From Porphyridium purpureum (taxonomy: Eukaryota): a stretch of 64,000 nucleotides of DNA. The stretch spans positions 372,001-436,000 of the forward strand of contig VRMN01000010.1 in assembly GCA_008690995.1 (NCBI GenBank). Reading direction: 5' to 3'. Position 1 is the first letter of the stretch. Every line of letters begins with the position of its first letter. Below the pieces are notes generated by a model. It was not told the DNA's origin, made no database searches, and worked only from the letters and a program-made list of their open reading frames with translations. The position numbers and the translations under genes are program-made. This document shows, piece after piece, positions 19,928 through 29,567 of this stretch.

Positions 19928-21574
19928 CTATTTCTGACTTCCCGCCGGGTTGTAAAATAAGGCTTGGACTTCCTCCACGCTTTTTGGAATCGGGCGAGTC
20001 GCCAAGCCCTGCTTCTCGGCCATTTTGCAGACACGATATGAAATGTGTGCTGAACACTCTTGGACTCGGCTTAAACTTGGGCACACGCACTCAACTGCCA
20101 TATCCTCGTCCGTAATGAGTTCCGCGAGAGTCTTTGCGCTTTCTAGGAACATCTGGTTCGTGACGTGTTTCGCTCCGCACAACGCAATAGCATTGCCGAC
20201 GCCTGGGAAAATGTACGCATTGTTCGCCTGCGCGGGAACTCTCACGCTGCCGTCCGGCATTGTCACGGGATCGAATGGGCTTCCGGACGCGAATATTGCT
20301 TTGCCGTTACTAACCCTGTAGCAAGCCTCAGCCGTGCACTCCGCCTTGCTCGTTGGGTTGCTCAGCGCCATGATCACCGGACGCTCCGAAATCTCGCACA
20401 TGGTCTGGATCACTTCGGTTGTGAACGAGTTTGGAATCGTGGAGACACCGATGAGGATGGATGGGCGCAGCGCCTTGACTGCACTCAAAAGATCCTTACT
20501 CTCAATCTGCGGAGGGTTCGGATGCGCGTACTTGAGCTTCTCAGGCGTCAAACTAGCTCGTCCTTCATAGATGAGCCCCTTTGAGTCCAGGAACCAGCAC
20601 TTGCGTTTGGCTTCCTCGCGCGACATGCCAAAAGCTTCCATGAGGTCATCTACGATCAGGTCGGCAATACCAATGCCCGCTGAGCCAGCCCCATAGAACA
20701 GCAACGTGTGTTTGCTTAGGTCCTTTTCGACACCTGGCAAGCGCAGCGCGCCGAATACACCCGACAGCGCGACACCGGCGGTGCCTTGGATGTCATCGTT
20801 GAAGCAGCAGCAGTCCATCTGGTATTTGTGCAGGAGCCGCGCGGCGTTTGCCTGCGCAAAATCTTCAAACTGGATCAAGCACGCGGTGCCAAAGCGTTTC
20901 TGCACCGCGCGAACGAATTCTTCGATGAAAGCGTCGTACTCGGCGCCGCGAACACGATCCATGTCCAGGCCAAAGTACAATGGGTCCGCACGGATCGACT
21001 TTGTGTCGCATCCCAGGTCCAGCTGGACCGGCAGCGTATGCTCTGGGTACACGCCTCCACACCCGTTATACAACAGCAGCTTTCCCACGGGGATGCCCAT
21101 ACCCCAGCATCCCAGGTCACCCAAGCCCAGAATGCGCTCACCATCGGTGACAACAATCACTCGAACATCATCTGTGGGCCAGTTCTCGAGCACCTCGAGT
21201 ATGCTGCCCTTCTGTTTGTACGAGATGTACAATCCGCGCGGGAACTGCAGAATATGACCCCAGTTCTGACACGCCTCGCCGACTGTGGGAGTGTACACGA
21301 CGGGCATCACTTCCACAATATTCTCGATCATCAGCTTGAAGAACACACGCTGGGTGCGTGCCAGCAGAGCCTGCAGAAACACAAACTTATCCAACGGCGA
21401 ATTCAAGCGCCGCAGCAGCGTCAACTGCCTCTCGACCTGCTGCTCCAACGTCTGCGTGCGCGGCGGCAGCAACCCCACCAACTTGAGCTCCTTTCGCTCA
21501 TCCTCACTGAACGAAACGCCCTTATTCAGCGTCGGATCGCGCAGAACATCGTACCCGACTTTTTTCCCCGCCAT
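19928..21574 (-). CDS. NAD(P)-dependent malic enzyme, no evident transit peptide
   Basis: VYTPTVGEAC, VTDGERILGLGDLG, FNDDIQGT, GAGSAGIG, ALSNPT and NNAYIFPG motifs. Confidence 0.97.
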   Translation of the reverse strand: MAGKKVGYDVLRDPTLNKGVSFSEDERKELKLVGLLPPRTQTLEQQVERQLTLLRRLNSPLDKFVFLQALLARTQRVFFKLMIENIVEVMPVVYTPTVGEACQNWGHILQFPRGLYISYKQKGSILEVLENWPTDDVRVIVVTDGERILGLGDLGCWGMGIPVGKLLLYNGCGGVYPEHTLPVQLDLGCDTKSIRADPLYFGLDMDRVRGAEYDAFIEEFVRAVQKRFGTACLIQFEDFAQANAARLLHKYQMDCCCFNDDIQGTAGVALSGVFGALRLPGVEKDLSKHTLLFYGAGSAGIGIADLIVDDLMEAFGMSREEAKRKCWFLDSKGLIYEGRASLTPEKLKYAHPNPPQIESKDLLSAVKALRPSILIGVSTIPNSFTTEVIQTMCEISERPVIMALSNPTSKAECTAEACYRVSNGKAIFASGSPFDPVTMPDGSVRVPAQANNAYIFPGVGNAIALCGAKHVTNQMFLESAKTLAELITDEDMAVECVCPSLSRVQECSAHISYRVCKMAEKQGLATRPIPKSVEEVQALFYNPAGSQK

Positions 21575-22287
21575 CCTAATTCCGCGCGTCTAACCGCCAA
21601 CCCCTGCCCACACACACAGGCACAACCTTCTCTCTCCGCCTCTCTTTCACGCAGGAGCACACACAGAGAGAACAAGCCTTTCCCCTATCCACCAAGCCGC
21701 TGAATCAGCGCGACGCCTCAGCGCAACTATCCGTCGCCCGCGGTCTCTCGTCTCGCTCTGCACTCGAATCTGCCAGAGCAGTCGCAGAAGATTCGCCCGA
21801 CAGCGCGGGACAAGAAGAAACTGGGGCTTTCGGTCTGCGCTTACACGGCGCTGAGCGCGGCAGCCACGCAAGCGCGGACATGCAAGAGAGGTACAAGCCG
21901 CGCGGCAACGCTCCGCCCGCAGCCGAGCGTGCGGCATGCGCGCGGGAAATGGGCAGTAGATGTGCTCGCACATGGCAGGAACGCCAAGGACTCCGACAAA
22001 ACAGGGCTTCCGTTTATACCCGCCCCATGGCATAGGCGTGCACGGACAAGGCGTGACTGCCAAGCGAGGCCGCAAGCGTCGTCATTCGAACGATACGCAC
22101 CTAAAGGTCAAGACACGCGGAGCAGGTCATGTTGTTCGCCATATCCGCAAGCGTGAATGCTGAAGAGCATGCATCGGCAGCCACGCCACTTAAGGCGCCT
22201 GCCAGGATGCGCGCATGGCGTTCGCCCCCGTGTTGTTATTATTGTTGTTCGCTTTCGTTTCTATCTTTGCTGGTTCAAGGGCGAAGC

Positions 22288-24360
22288 TTATCTTTTGCGC
22301 ACAGTGAGCAAGCCATTGGGTACGAGGCCTGCTTGTTCGAGCGTGAGCTGGTGGGTGGCAGGTAGAACTTTCTGAGGAAATCCGGACACCAGATCGAATT
22401 CGGACTCTTCTAGTCCTGTCTCGCTGATGACAAAATCGTACACGTTGCGCACGGTGTTGCGCGCCTCGAAGCGCCGAAGCCGTCTTGACCCGTCCAACAT
22501 TCGCACGGCCAGCTGCGTTACCGTGCCTCCGCTGCCTGACGACGCTGGCGGGGGCTCTAACGGTACCTCGGCACGTTTCGTCTGTTTGCGTACCTCTTGT
22601 TCGTTCAATGCGCGCTCACGCTGCATCGACTCTAGCCTCGCCCGTTCTTCGGCTTCGCGCGCATTCTCCTCGCGTGACCGGTCCATCGCTAGCGCCATCG
22701 CATACTCCTCATCTTGCTCACGGCGAATATCTCGTGCCTCGCGAAGCACTGGGTCAAGGTTGCCTTGCGGCGGCGGTACGTACCGTGGCGGACCATAGTC
22801 GAACGCACTTGCCGCACTCGAATGCGCATTCGCGCCCACGGCGGGCGCTGCGTTCAAGGTAGCCGAAGTCACAGCTACAGCATCACCAGATTCCTCACTC
22901 TCGTCCATGGCATCGACGTCAATCTCCACGGATGATGAAAGCGGCGCTGCCGTTTGCTCCAATGACGCAGCAATGGCCGCGGCCATCTGCGCATCCTCAT
23001 CCATCAAGACATCGTGATCTGAGAAATGGTTCGCAGCTCCGTGCGAAGCTGATTGGCTCGCGACGACATCAGCCGCCGCGGCAGCGTCTGCGGCGCGCTT
23101 TCGAAGCGCATTTGAACGTCTCCGGTGCGCTGGACCGGTGGCGTTGCCTTCCAATGAATGGGAATCCAAAAATTCCATAAGATTCTCAAGAAGAGCACTT
23201 TTGCTTAGGCTGTCCATGTCTTCCACCCCACTGCTGTTCCACTCCACCAGTCGCTCACCACTTCGCGGGTCCAACAGGGCAACGTGAGGCAAGCAGGAAA
23301 AAGGGTAATAGGTTCGATACTGCTCACCGTCGGCAGACACTGAGTATCGCTGCCACAAGAGAAAAGAAGCCTTGACGAGCTCCTGCACAGTCTCGTCGTT
23401 CCACACATCGCTGTTGAGCACATGGCTACGAAAATCATCATGACCTTGAATATTGACCAGCACCCATTTCCTGTCGCGCTGCCCGGCCTCGAGCGCCCGC
23501 TCCAAGGATCCGTAGAACAGCATCTGGCTGGGAGGTCTGTACATGTTTGTTAGTGATGACGTGAACCGCCGCTCATTTGGAGCCAAACTCTCCGCTTGTG
23601 CCTGCGCGTGCGCTTGAGCTTGTGCAAGTGGATTGAAAACGCCATCGGCATCACTTACCACTGCAGTGGCAGCGCGATCGCGAAATGACGGCAGTGGAGC
23701 CATTAGCCGAGACCTCGCTTGCTGGGCCGCGCTTCCACTCCTGTCTGGCAAACCGAGTGCGGGTCCGGGCGGTGACTGCCGGGAAACGGGCGGCTCATCG
23801 GCATGTATGTCGAAGGCGGCGCTGAAGCCGTGCCTTAGAGCCATGCGCTCTGACGCGCTGTGCGCGCTTTCTGGGACATTATCAACAAGCCGCTGCACGC
23901 GCTGCTGCATTGGTGGCCTCACAAAATCGCTGTCCAAAGCGCCAACTCCGGTAGCATCACGGTCGCCGGGCAGAGAGGGCCGTCGAGCACGCTGTCGTTG
24001 TCCGCGCCTCGACACGTTGCCCGCCGTCACCGCCGAGTCCGACTGTGCTATACTAGCTCCGGCGCCTTGTTCCTCTGCCAGCGAAGCTGCCAACGCGGCG
24101 TCCAAATCCGCCTCCTCTTGCGGCGCACCCTCATGGTGCTGAGCGTCCGAATGTGCGGCGCGCGGTCCTGCCGCCGGCGCTGCGTCGTGCGGCACGCCGC
24201 CGCCGGCGTCCTGAATGGCGAAATGCTGCGCAAGCGACTGCTCCAGATCCAGTCCCGCGGCATTCAGCATATCCTTCGCGTAGTCCTCACTGGTGACGCC
24301 CGTGATGCTCATAAACTGCGCGACGACCTCTGCGTCGGCCGCAGACATGGACACCGACAT
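22288..24360 (-). CDS. UBA-UAS-UIM-UBX p97/CDC48 adaptor (UBXN7/PUX7-like)
   Basis: N-terminal UBA-like QFMSITG, UAS KWVLVNIQ, UIM DEDAQMAAAIAASL and C-terminal UBX with GFP loop. Confidence 0.92.
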   Translation of the reverse strand: MSVSMSAADAEVVAQFMSITGVTSEDYAKDMLNAAGLDLEQSLAQHFAIQDAGGGVPHDAAPAAGPRAAHSDAQHHEGAPQEEADLDAALAASLAEEQGAGASIAQSDSAVTAGNVSRRGQRQRARRPSLPGDRDATGVGALDSDFVRPPMQQRVQRLVDNVPESAHSASERMALRHGFSAAFDIHADEPPVSRQSPPGPALGLPDRSGSAAQQARSRLMAPLPSFRDRAATAVVSDADGVFNPLAQAQAHAQAQAESLAPNERRFTSSLTNMYRPPSQMLFYGSLERALEAGQRDRKWVLVNIQGHDDFRSHVLNSDVWNDETVQELVKASFLLWQRYSVSADGEQYRTYYPFSCLPHVALLDPRSGERLVEWNSSGVEDMDSLSKSALLENLMEFLDSHSLEGNATGPAHRRRSNALRKRAADAAAAADVVASQSASHGAANHFSDHDVLMDEDAQMAAAIAASLEQTAAPLSSSVEIDVDAMDESEESGDAVAVTSATLNAAPAVGANAHSSAASAFDYGPPRYVPPPQGNLDPVLREARDIRREQDEEYAMALAMDRSREENAREAEERARLESMQRERALNEQEVRKQTKRAEVPLEPPPASSGSGGTVTQLAVRMLDGSRRLRRFEARNTVRNVYDFVISETGLEESEFDLVSGFPQKVLPATHQLTLEQAGLVPNGLLTVRKR

Positions 24361-24724
24361 GCTGCCGCGTCGCCGCGCGCTGGCATGCAGCTCCCTCCTC
24401 TCCCCGCGCGCACACCCTTGTTCTCTTTCACCACCGCCGCCGCCGCTGCCGCTGCCGCTGCCGCCGTAGGTATTCTCCACCACCTCTATCCTTCTGTTTC
24501 CTTGTCTCTCTCTCTCTCTCTCTCTCCCATGCAACCGCCAGCACATCAACCTCCTTAACCCAAACCCCGCGCGTGTGTTTCCCGGTTCCTTAACCGTTAA
24601 ACCTCACAAAAGTACACTAATTCACGCCCCATTTTTCTTATTATTAAAACCACTCCGTTTTACTAGACTCTAGAACCGTCCCTCACTGTACCTTCACACA
24701 CATCCAAACCGAACCGCCTTGTGA

Positions 24725-24793
24725 CCGAATAGCCGAATAGCCGAATAGCCGAATAGCCGAATAGCCGAATAGCCGAATAGCCGAATAGCCGAA
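24725..24793. repeat. 8-bp tandem repeat (CCGAATAG) x8 plus partial
   Basis: Direct reading; perfect units. Confidence 0.95.
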
Positions 24794-24850
24794 CCGTTGC
24801 ATAGTAAGACGCGTGTAAATTTGAAGCGGCGCATCAGACGGTTCTCCCCA

Positions 24851-24888
24851 GTAACCGGTAACCGGTACCCGATACCCGATACCCGATA
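24851..24888. repeat. 7-bp morphing tandem repeat GTAACCG/GTACCCG/ATACCCG x5
   Basis: Direct reading. Confidence 0.8.
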
Positions 24889-25219
24889 AGAAAGTCGCCG
24901 CTTGGATGCGCGAGTTGCGGATGTGGCAGGTGCCTTGCGACGGCCTATGGTCCGAGTGGCACGCCGCGCTGGACCACGTACGCATTACCGCGCGACGTCC
25001 CATCTGGTGTCGTACAGTGAGAGTCGATGTGGCAATAAGGTGGAAAGGAGGAATGAAACCAAGACGGTTGGACTCGGCACACTTCACAAGGATTGCCGAC
25101 TCTTCGGGTCGCGCTCAGCCTCGCCGCCTCAACCCAGTGGCAGCACGCGTTAAAGTTGCGCGTTGTTTCATCCTCAAGCCCCATGAATAAATATCAATAA
25201 TTAACACAAAAAGTGTGGC

Positions 25220-25405
25220 GTACAGTGGATGTACAGTGGATGTACAGTGGATGTACAGTGGATGTACAGTGTATGTACAGTGGATGTACAGTGGATGTAC
25301 AGTGGATGTACAGTGGATGTACAGTGGATGTACAGTGGATGTACAGTGGATGTACAGTGGATGTACAGTGGATGTACAGTGGATGTACAGTGTATGTACA
25401 GTGTA
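25220..25405 (+). repeat. 11-bp minisatellite (GTACAGTGGAT) about x17 upstream of NOT4
   Basis: Direct reading; occasional GTACAGTGTAT variants. Confidence 0.95.
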
Positions 25406-25653
25406 TATGAAGTGTGTCAAGGTTGCCCTATTTGTATATGAAGGTGTCTGTGTGTGTGTGCTAGGAATAAAAGGAAGAACGTGGGTTTTTGTTATGAAAG
25501 GGGAGAAGCCGAAGAAGAAAGGGTTGACAGGTCGAGTGGGTGGGAGAGAAGGGGACAGAAGAAGAGAGCAGAAGAGGAGAGGGAGGGAGAAGAGCGACGA
25601 GGGGAAAGAGGCAAGGGGGGGAAAGAAGAGGGGGTGAAGTGTGAGCAGTTGCG

Positions 25654-28239
25654 ATGGAGCGGTTTGAGGAGGATGAGGACGGCGTGCCGGAATGTCCGCT
25701 GTGTCTGGAGGAACTGGACACAACCGACCTGTCGCTCAAGCCGTGCCACTGCGGCTACCAGGTGTGCTTGTGGTGCTTGCATCATATCCGCGAGCAGCTC
25801 AACGGAAAGTGCCCGGCGTGTCGGACGCCGTACGCGGAAGAGAAGTTTGTCAAGGCAGAGATCGATCCGGAGGACGCAAAGCGCGCCGCGCGCGAGCGCG
25901 CCGAGGCAAAGCGCGAGCGCGAGCGAAAGGTCAGGCTGCAGAGGCTCGAGAAGGAGCGAGAAGAGGCTAGTGCACAGGCGCAGGCGCTTCCTAAACTGAT
26001 ACTCAAGCAGGCGCGCATTCTTTGTAAAAGCCTCGTCTACGTCAATGGGCTGTCACCCACCTTGGCGCGAGAGGAGGTGCTACGCAGACATGAGCTGTTC
26101 GGGCGGTTCGGGACGATTGAGCTCGTGCTGCTGAATCATCGCAGCTCGGCCCTTCGCGCCAGTAATAATGGACCAGGAGGCCCGTCCATGTCGGCCTACA
26201 TCAAGTTTGTCAAGGATACAGACGCGGCGCACGCCGTCCGCGCCGTAAACGGTGAGATCATGGACGGCCGCGAACTGCGGTGCGCCATCGCAACGACCAA
26301 ATACTGCGACTCTTTCATAGAGACTAATTGCGCTGAAAACGGCGACAGTGGGCTGCTGGTTCCGTGCGAATTGGAAAATTGCCTTTACCTTCACGCGCTC
26401 GCCGAGCCGGAAATCGTTATCTCATCGGCAGAGGACATGCTCGTAACACAGCTTGGGCCCCCGCCACCGGGCCACCTGTTTCCGCGTCTGCCGTCGGCAC
26501 AACCGGTAGCAGAGTCGCATCAGATGGGCAAGATTGTGTCAAACGCAGAGAAAGCCGTGCGCAGCGCACGCCAGAGCAGCACAGGAAAACCACGAAGTGT
26601 TGCGGGCCCTTCTTTGTCGGTTTCTCTCAATACTCAGCGACAGCAGCATTCTGCGGGTGTGAGCAGCACTTCTCTGGTTCCACTGGACCAGCTTGCGCCC
26701 CACCAGAACGGTGTGCATGCAAGTGGTGCTTTCTCAGACACGAGCCGGTCAATATCGGGAGGCAGCGCAATACTGTTTCCGTCGGGTTCCGTCTCAGTTT
26801 CGAGCGCGGGAGCCGGGACTGGGGCGGGTGCAGGGGTGTCGACCTTCTCGTCGTCCCTTTATCCTGAATCGACGACGACCGCCTTTAGTGCCGACTCTCC
26901 GCCGAAGCACAACAAGGTGTATCCGCCCGGGTACGTCGATCCGTTTGACGAAGAGAAGCCTCCAGCACTGGCGTCTGTCTCGGTCTCTTTGCGAAGCGTT
27001 GGCGCGACTATATCCAGTACCGCGAATAGTAGTGGTAGCTACAGCGGGCTTTATGGCAGCGCCAATGAGACAATGCGCACGAAAGGAAGTCAAGATAGTT
27101 CGGTGGCACCGGACAGAGCGTTCAGCGCCTCTCCAATCGTACCACCACCTGGCTTCGAAACATTCAAGATGAATGGTTCACTTGCGCAGAAGGGCGATTC
27201 CATACCACCGCCTCGGTCAGGGGGAGTGCCTGGAACGGAGAGTGGTGCGGAGTCAGACCACAGTAGCCAAGAGAGGGCCGCTACTGGGGGCACACATACC
27301 CAAGTATTGCCAGACGTGTCGGCGGAGATCCAAGAAATTTTGATGGGTCTGAACGGAACGGTGCAATCTCTGTCCTTGGGTGAAAGACAGGAATCTCAGC
27401 CACCCGGCATCACGCCAGCAGTTGGAATGACGCACACCACAGACGCGGCAGCCCCCGCAATGGCGGCTGCCGTGCAGATGCAGATGCAGATGCCACCTCT
27501 AATGACAGCGGAGCATGCGTATCCGTACACGAGTCGAGAGTACTCGCGTTTTGGGTTTGCGCGGGGTGGAAGCGGGGTACCTTCGGTGGATAGCCGCACC
27601 GTGGAATATCAGTCGAGTGCCGGACCGGCCGCTAAGGCGGTCACGGCAGCGACGGTGGCGCCTGGTCAGCATGCTCTTCCAGAGTCCTTCTATGGAGTGA
27701 GCATGTATGAGTCCTCGAGCCAGAATCAGAACGCTTCGTCTAGTATTCTGAGCATGATTCTAGGTGCAAACCAGAACCATAAAGCGGCGGCGCCGGTGTC
27801 GCATGTCGTGAGCGCAGCAGAGCTCGAGTCAAATATCTCGAGGTACAGCAGGAACATGAATGTGAACGCCGCGCCAGAGGCAAGCGCAAAGCTGCCGGTA
27901 CAGCCATCACTTCAGCAACCGATCAACATGATGCCTCCTGGTTTCACACCATTCGCTGCCGCGACCCATGCACAGGGCATGCCGAATGGAGGCGGTTGGG
28001 CGGCTCTGGACTCGGTCTTGATGCGTGGTAGAAACGCCAGCAGCGGAATCACGGATGGCGGAAGCGTGATTGGTGAAGCAGCAGGCGCGAGCTCGTCAGG
28101 TGGAAGTACAGGCCAACCACCGGCTTCTGGCGAGTTCGGTGCGGGAGTCGCAAACCACTCCTCGCCATTTCTGCACCATTCGTATCGCGCAACGTCTTCC
28201 AACGCCTACGCTTCGTCCGAATATATGGCGTGGCCGTAA
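25654..28239 (+). CDS. CNOT4: CCR4-NOT complex E3 ligase NOT4
   Basis: C4C4 RING (CPLC..PCHCGYQVCLWC..CPACR), RRM (LVYVNGL), TTKYC plus CCCH-like CLYLH, and a low-complexity tail. Confidence 0.95.
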   Translation: MERFEEDEDGVPECPLCLEELDTTDLSLKPCHCGYQVCLWCLHHIREQLNGKCPACRTPYAEEKFVKAEIDPEDAKRAARERAEAKRERERKVRLQRLEKEREEASAQAQALPKLILKQARILCKSLVYVNGLSPTLAREEVLRRHELFGRFGTIELVLLNHRSSALRASNNGPGGPSMSAYIKFVKDTDAAHAVRAVNGEIMDGRELRCAIATTKYCDSFIETNCAENGDSGLLVPCELENCLYLHALAEPEIVISSAEDMLVTQLGPPPPGHLFPRLPSAQPVAESHQMGKIVSNAEKAVRSARQSSTGKPRSVAGPSLSVSLNTQRQQHSAGVSSTSLVPLDQLAPHQNGVHASGAFSDTSRSISGGSAILFPSGSVSVSSAGAGTGAGAGVSTFSSSLYPESTTTAFSADSPPKHNKVYPPGYVDPFDEEKPPALASVSVSLRSVGATISSTANSSGSYSGLYGSANETMRTKGSQDSSVAPDRAFSASPIVPPPGFETFKMNGSLAQKGDSIPPPRSGGVPGTESGAESDHSSQERAATGGTHTQVLPDVSAEIQEILMGLNGTVQSLSLGERQESQPPGITPAVGMTHTTDAAAPAMAAAVQMQMQMPPLMTAEHAYPYTSREYSRFGFARGGSGVPSVDSRTVEYQSSAGPAAKAVTAATVAPGQHALPESFYGVSMYESSSQNQNASSSILSMILGANQNHKAAAPVSHVVSAAELESNISRYSRNMNVNAAPEASAKLPVQPSLQQPINMMPPGFTPFAAATHAQGMPNGGGWAALDSVLMRGRNASSGITDGGSVIGEAAGASSSGGSTGQPPASGEFGAGVANHSSPFLHHSYRATSSNAYASSEYMAWP

Positions 28240-29567
28240 TTTGTGCATGCGTCTGCTTTGGAAAGCTTTCTTCGCTTTCGGTTGTTTCTGTTCGCGCGAG
28301 TGTTGCCTTGCGCCGGTGCTCTGTGTTTGCTTTTCTCGTCTCAGTAGCTCTTGGTTTGTCCGCACGATGCTCTCCATCAGTAAAGGCGAAGCCATGACAG
28401 CTTCACCGCCACATGGTCGAGCGGCGATGGTCGAGCGAGTGCGACGGAAGGCGTCACGGCAGAGTCCGGACATGGTCCGAAAAACTTGCAAGCGGCGCTG
28501 GAAGACGCGGGATGAGACGAATGTTCAAGCCACGCTCGTACGCACGCATTAGCAAAGCAATAATGGAGCACACATCTGATCGGTCTGTGCACAGCGCCGC
28601 TTTAAATGCGACGGTCCAAGCGGCGAGCCTGACACAGATCGCCATGACGGTTCTCCTTCCACAGTAGCCTGTGATATGAAGCCTCATGAGAGTGAACACG
28701 TAGAACAGCGCGTGCATCTCAAAAGATTTGCTGGCAGTAGGATGAGTGCTTCGCGACGCTGGTGCACGCTGAGGTATCAGATCAATGAAATGCTCGTGAT
28801 TGGTGCATCTGCACGCAGTGACTGGTACCTGCTTCTCAAAGACGACGATGGCCGTGCTCTAAAACACGTGGAATGAATTCATGTTCGTTCTCAAAAGAAG
28901 TGCTTTTGCAGAGGGAAGAGAGATACGGCTTGCTTGCATTATGCGGCGCAGATCTACCTCTTGACAGAGTGCGTCATGGTTCATCGATACCCGCAAGCAC
29001 AATAATTTGAAAACTGCCGGTCGCGATTCATGCTCAATGACTCATCGTGATTGATTCCCTTATTCGAGAACGCTGTCACGCTGACCGTAGCAGATTTATA
29101 TTCTGAGATGGCAATGATCATGCTGCACATAACGTTCGATGAGCTCGACGACGCAAGTCTGCGCTGACCCGCTTCTGGCGGAGCCGAATCGGTAGAGAAA
29201 GGCGCGGAAGCAGAGCTGGACAGAGCCAGGCGGGCTTTGCCCTCTAGCTGACTGGGTAAAAGCAGACATCACGGTGTATTTTTTTCAGAACAGACGGGCA
29301 AAGGAAGTGGTGCGTTATTCTCAGAAATGTCCTTCGAGGCAGATCCCATAAATCTCGCCGTACATCCTCAGTATGCTCGCGATCGGGTCTTTGCCGATCA
29401 AGTTCTCCGAGACAAGCACTGAATAAACTCTGCGTGTGTACGAGATCACTCCAGAAGTCGTCCACGTGTGCTGGTATAGTGCTAAAGTTGTGCCATGAGA
29501 AGCGCCCTGTCAATACCGACGCCGTAGTGTGCCGTTGCAGAGGGCTTCGTACGATACGGATAGAAAT

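Noticed and set aside
24725..25405. Tandem arrays as a CRISPR array or telomere
   Set aside because: There are no unique spacers or cas genes, the context is eukaryotic, and the arrays are short, internal and not a recognised telomeric unit.
25115..25723. Repetitive ORFs (TVDVQWMYSGC / HCTSTVHPLYI)
   Set aside because: These are translations of the 11-bp minisatellite, open in several frames on both strands.
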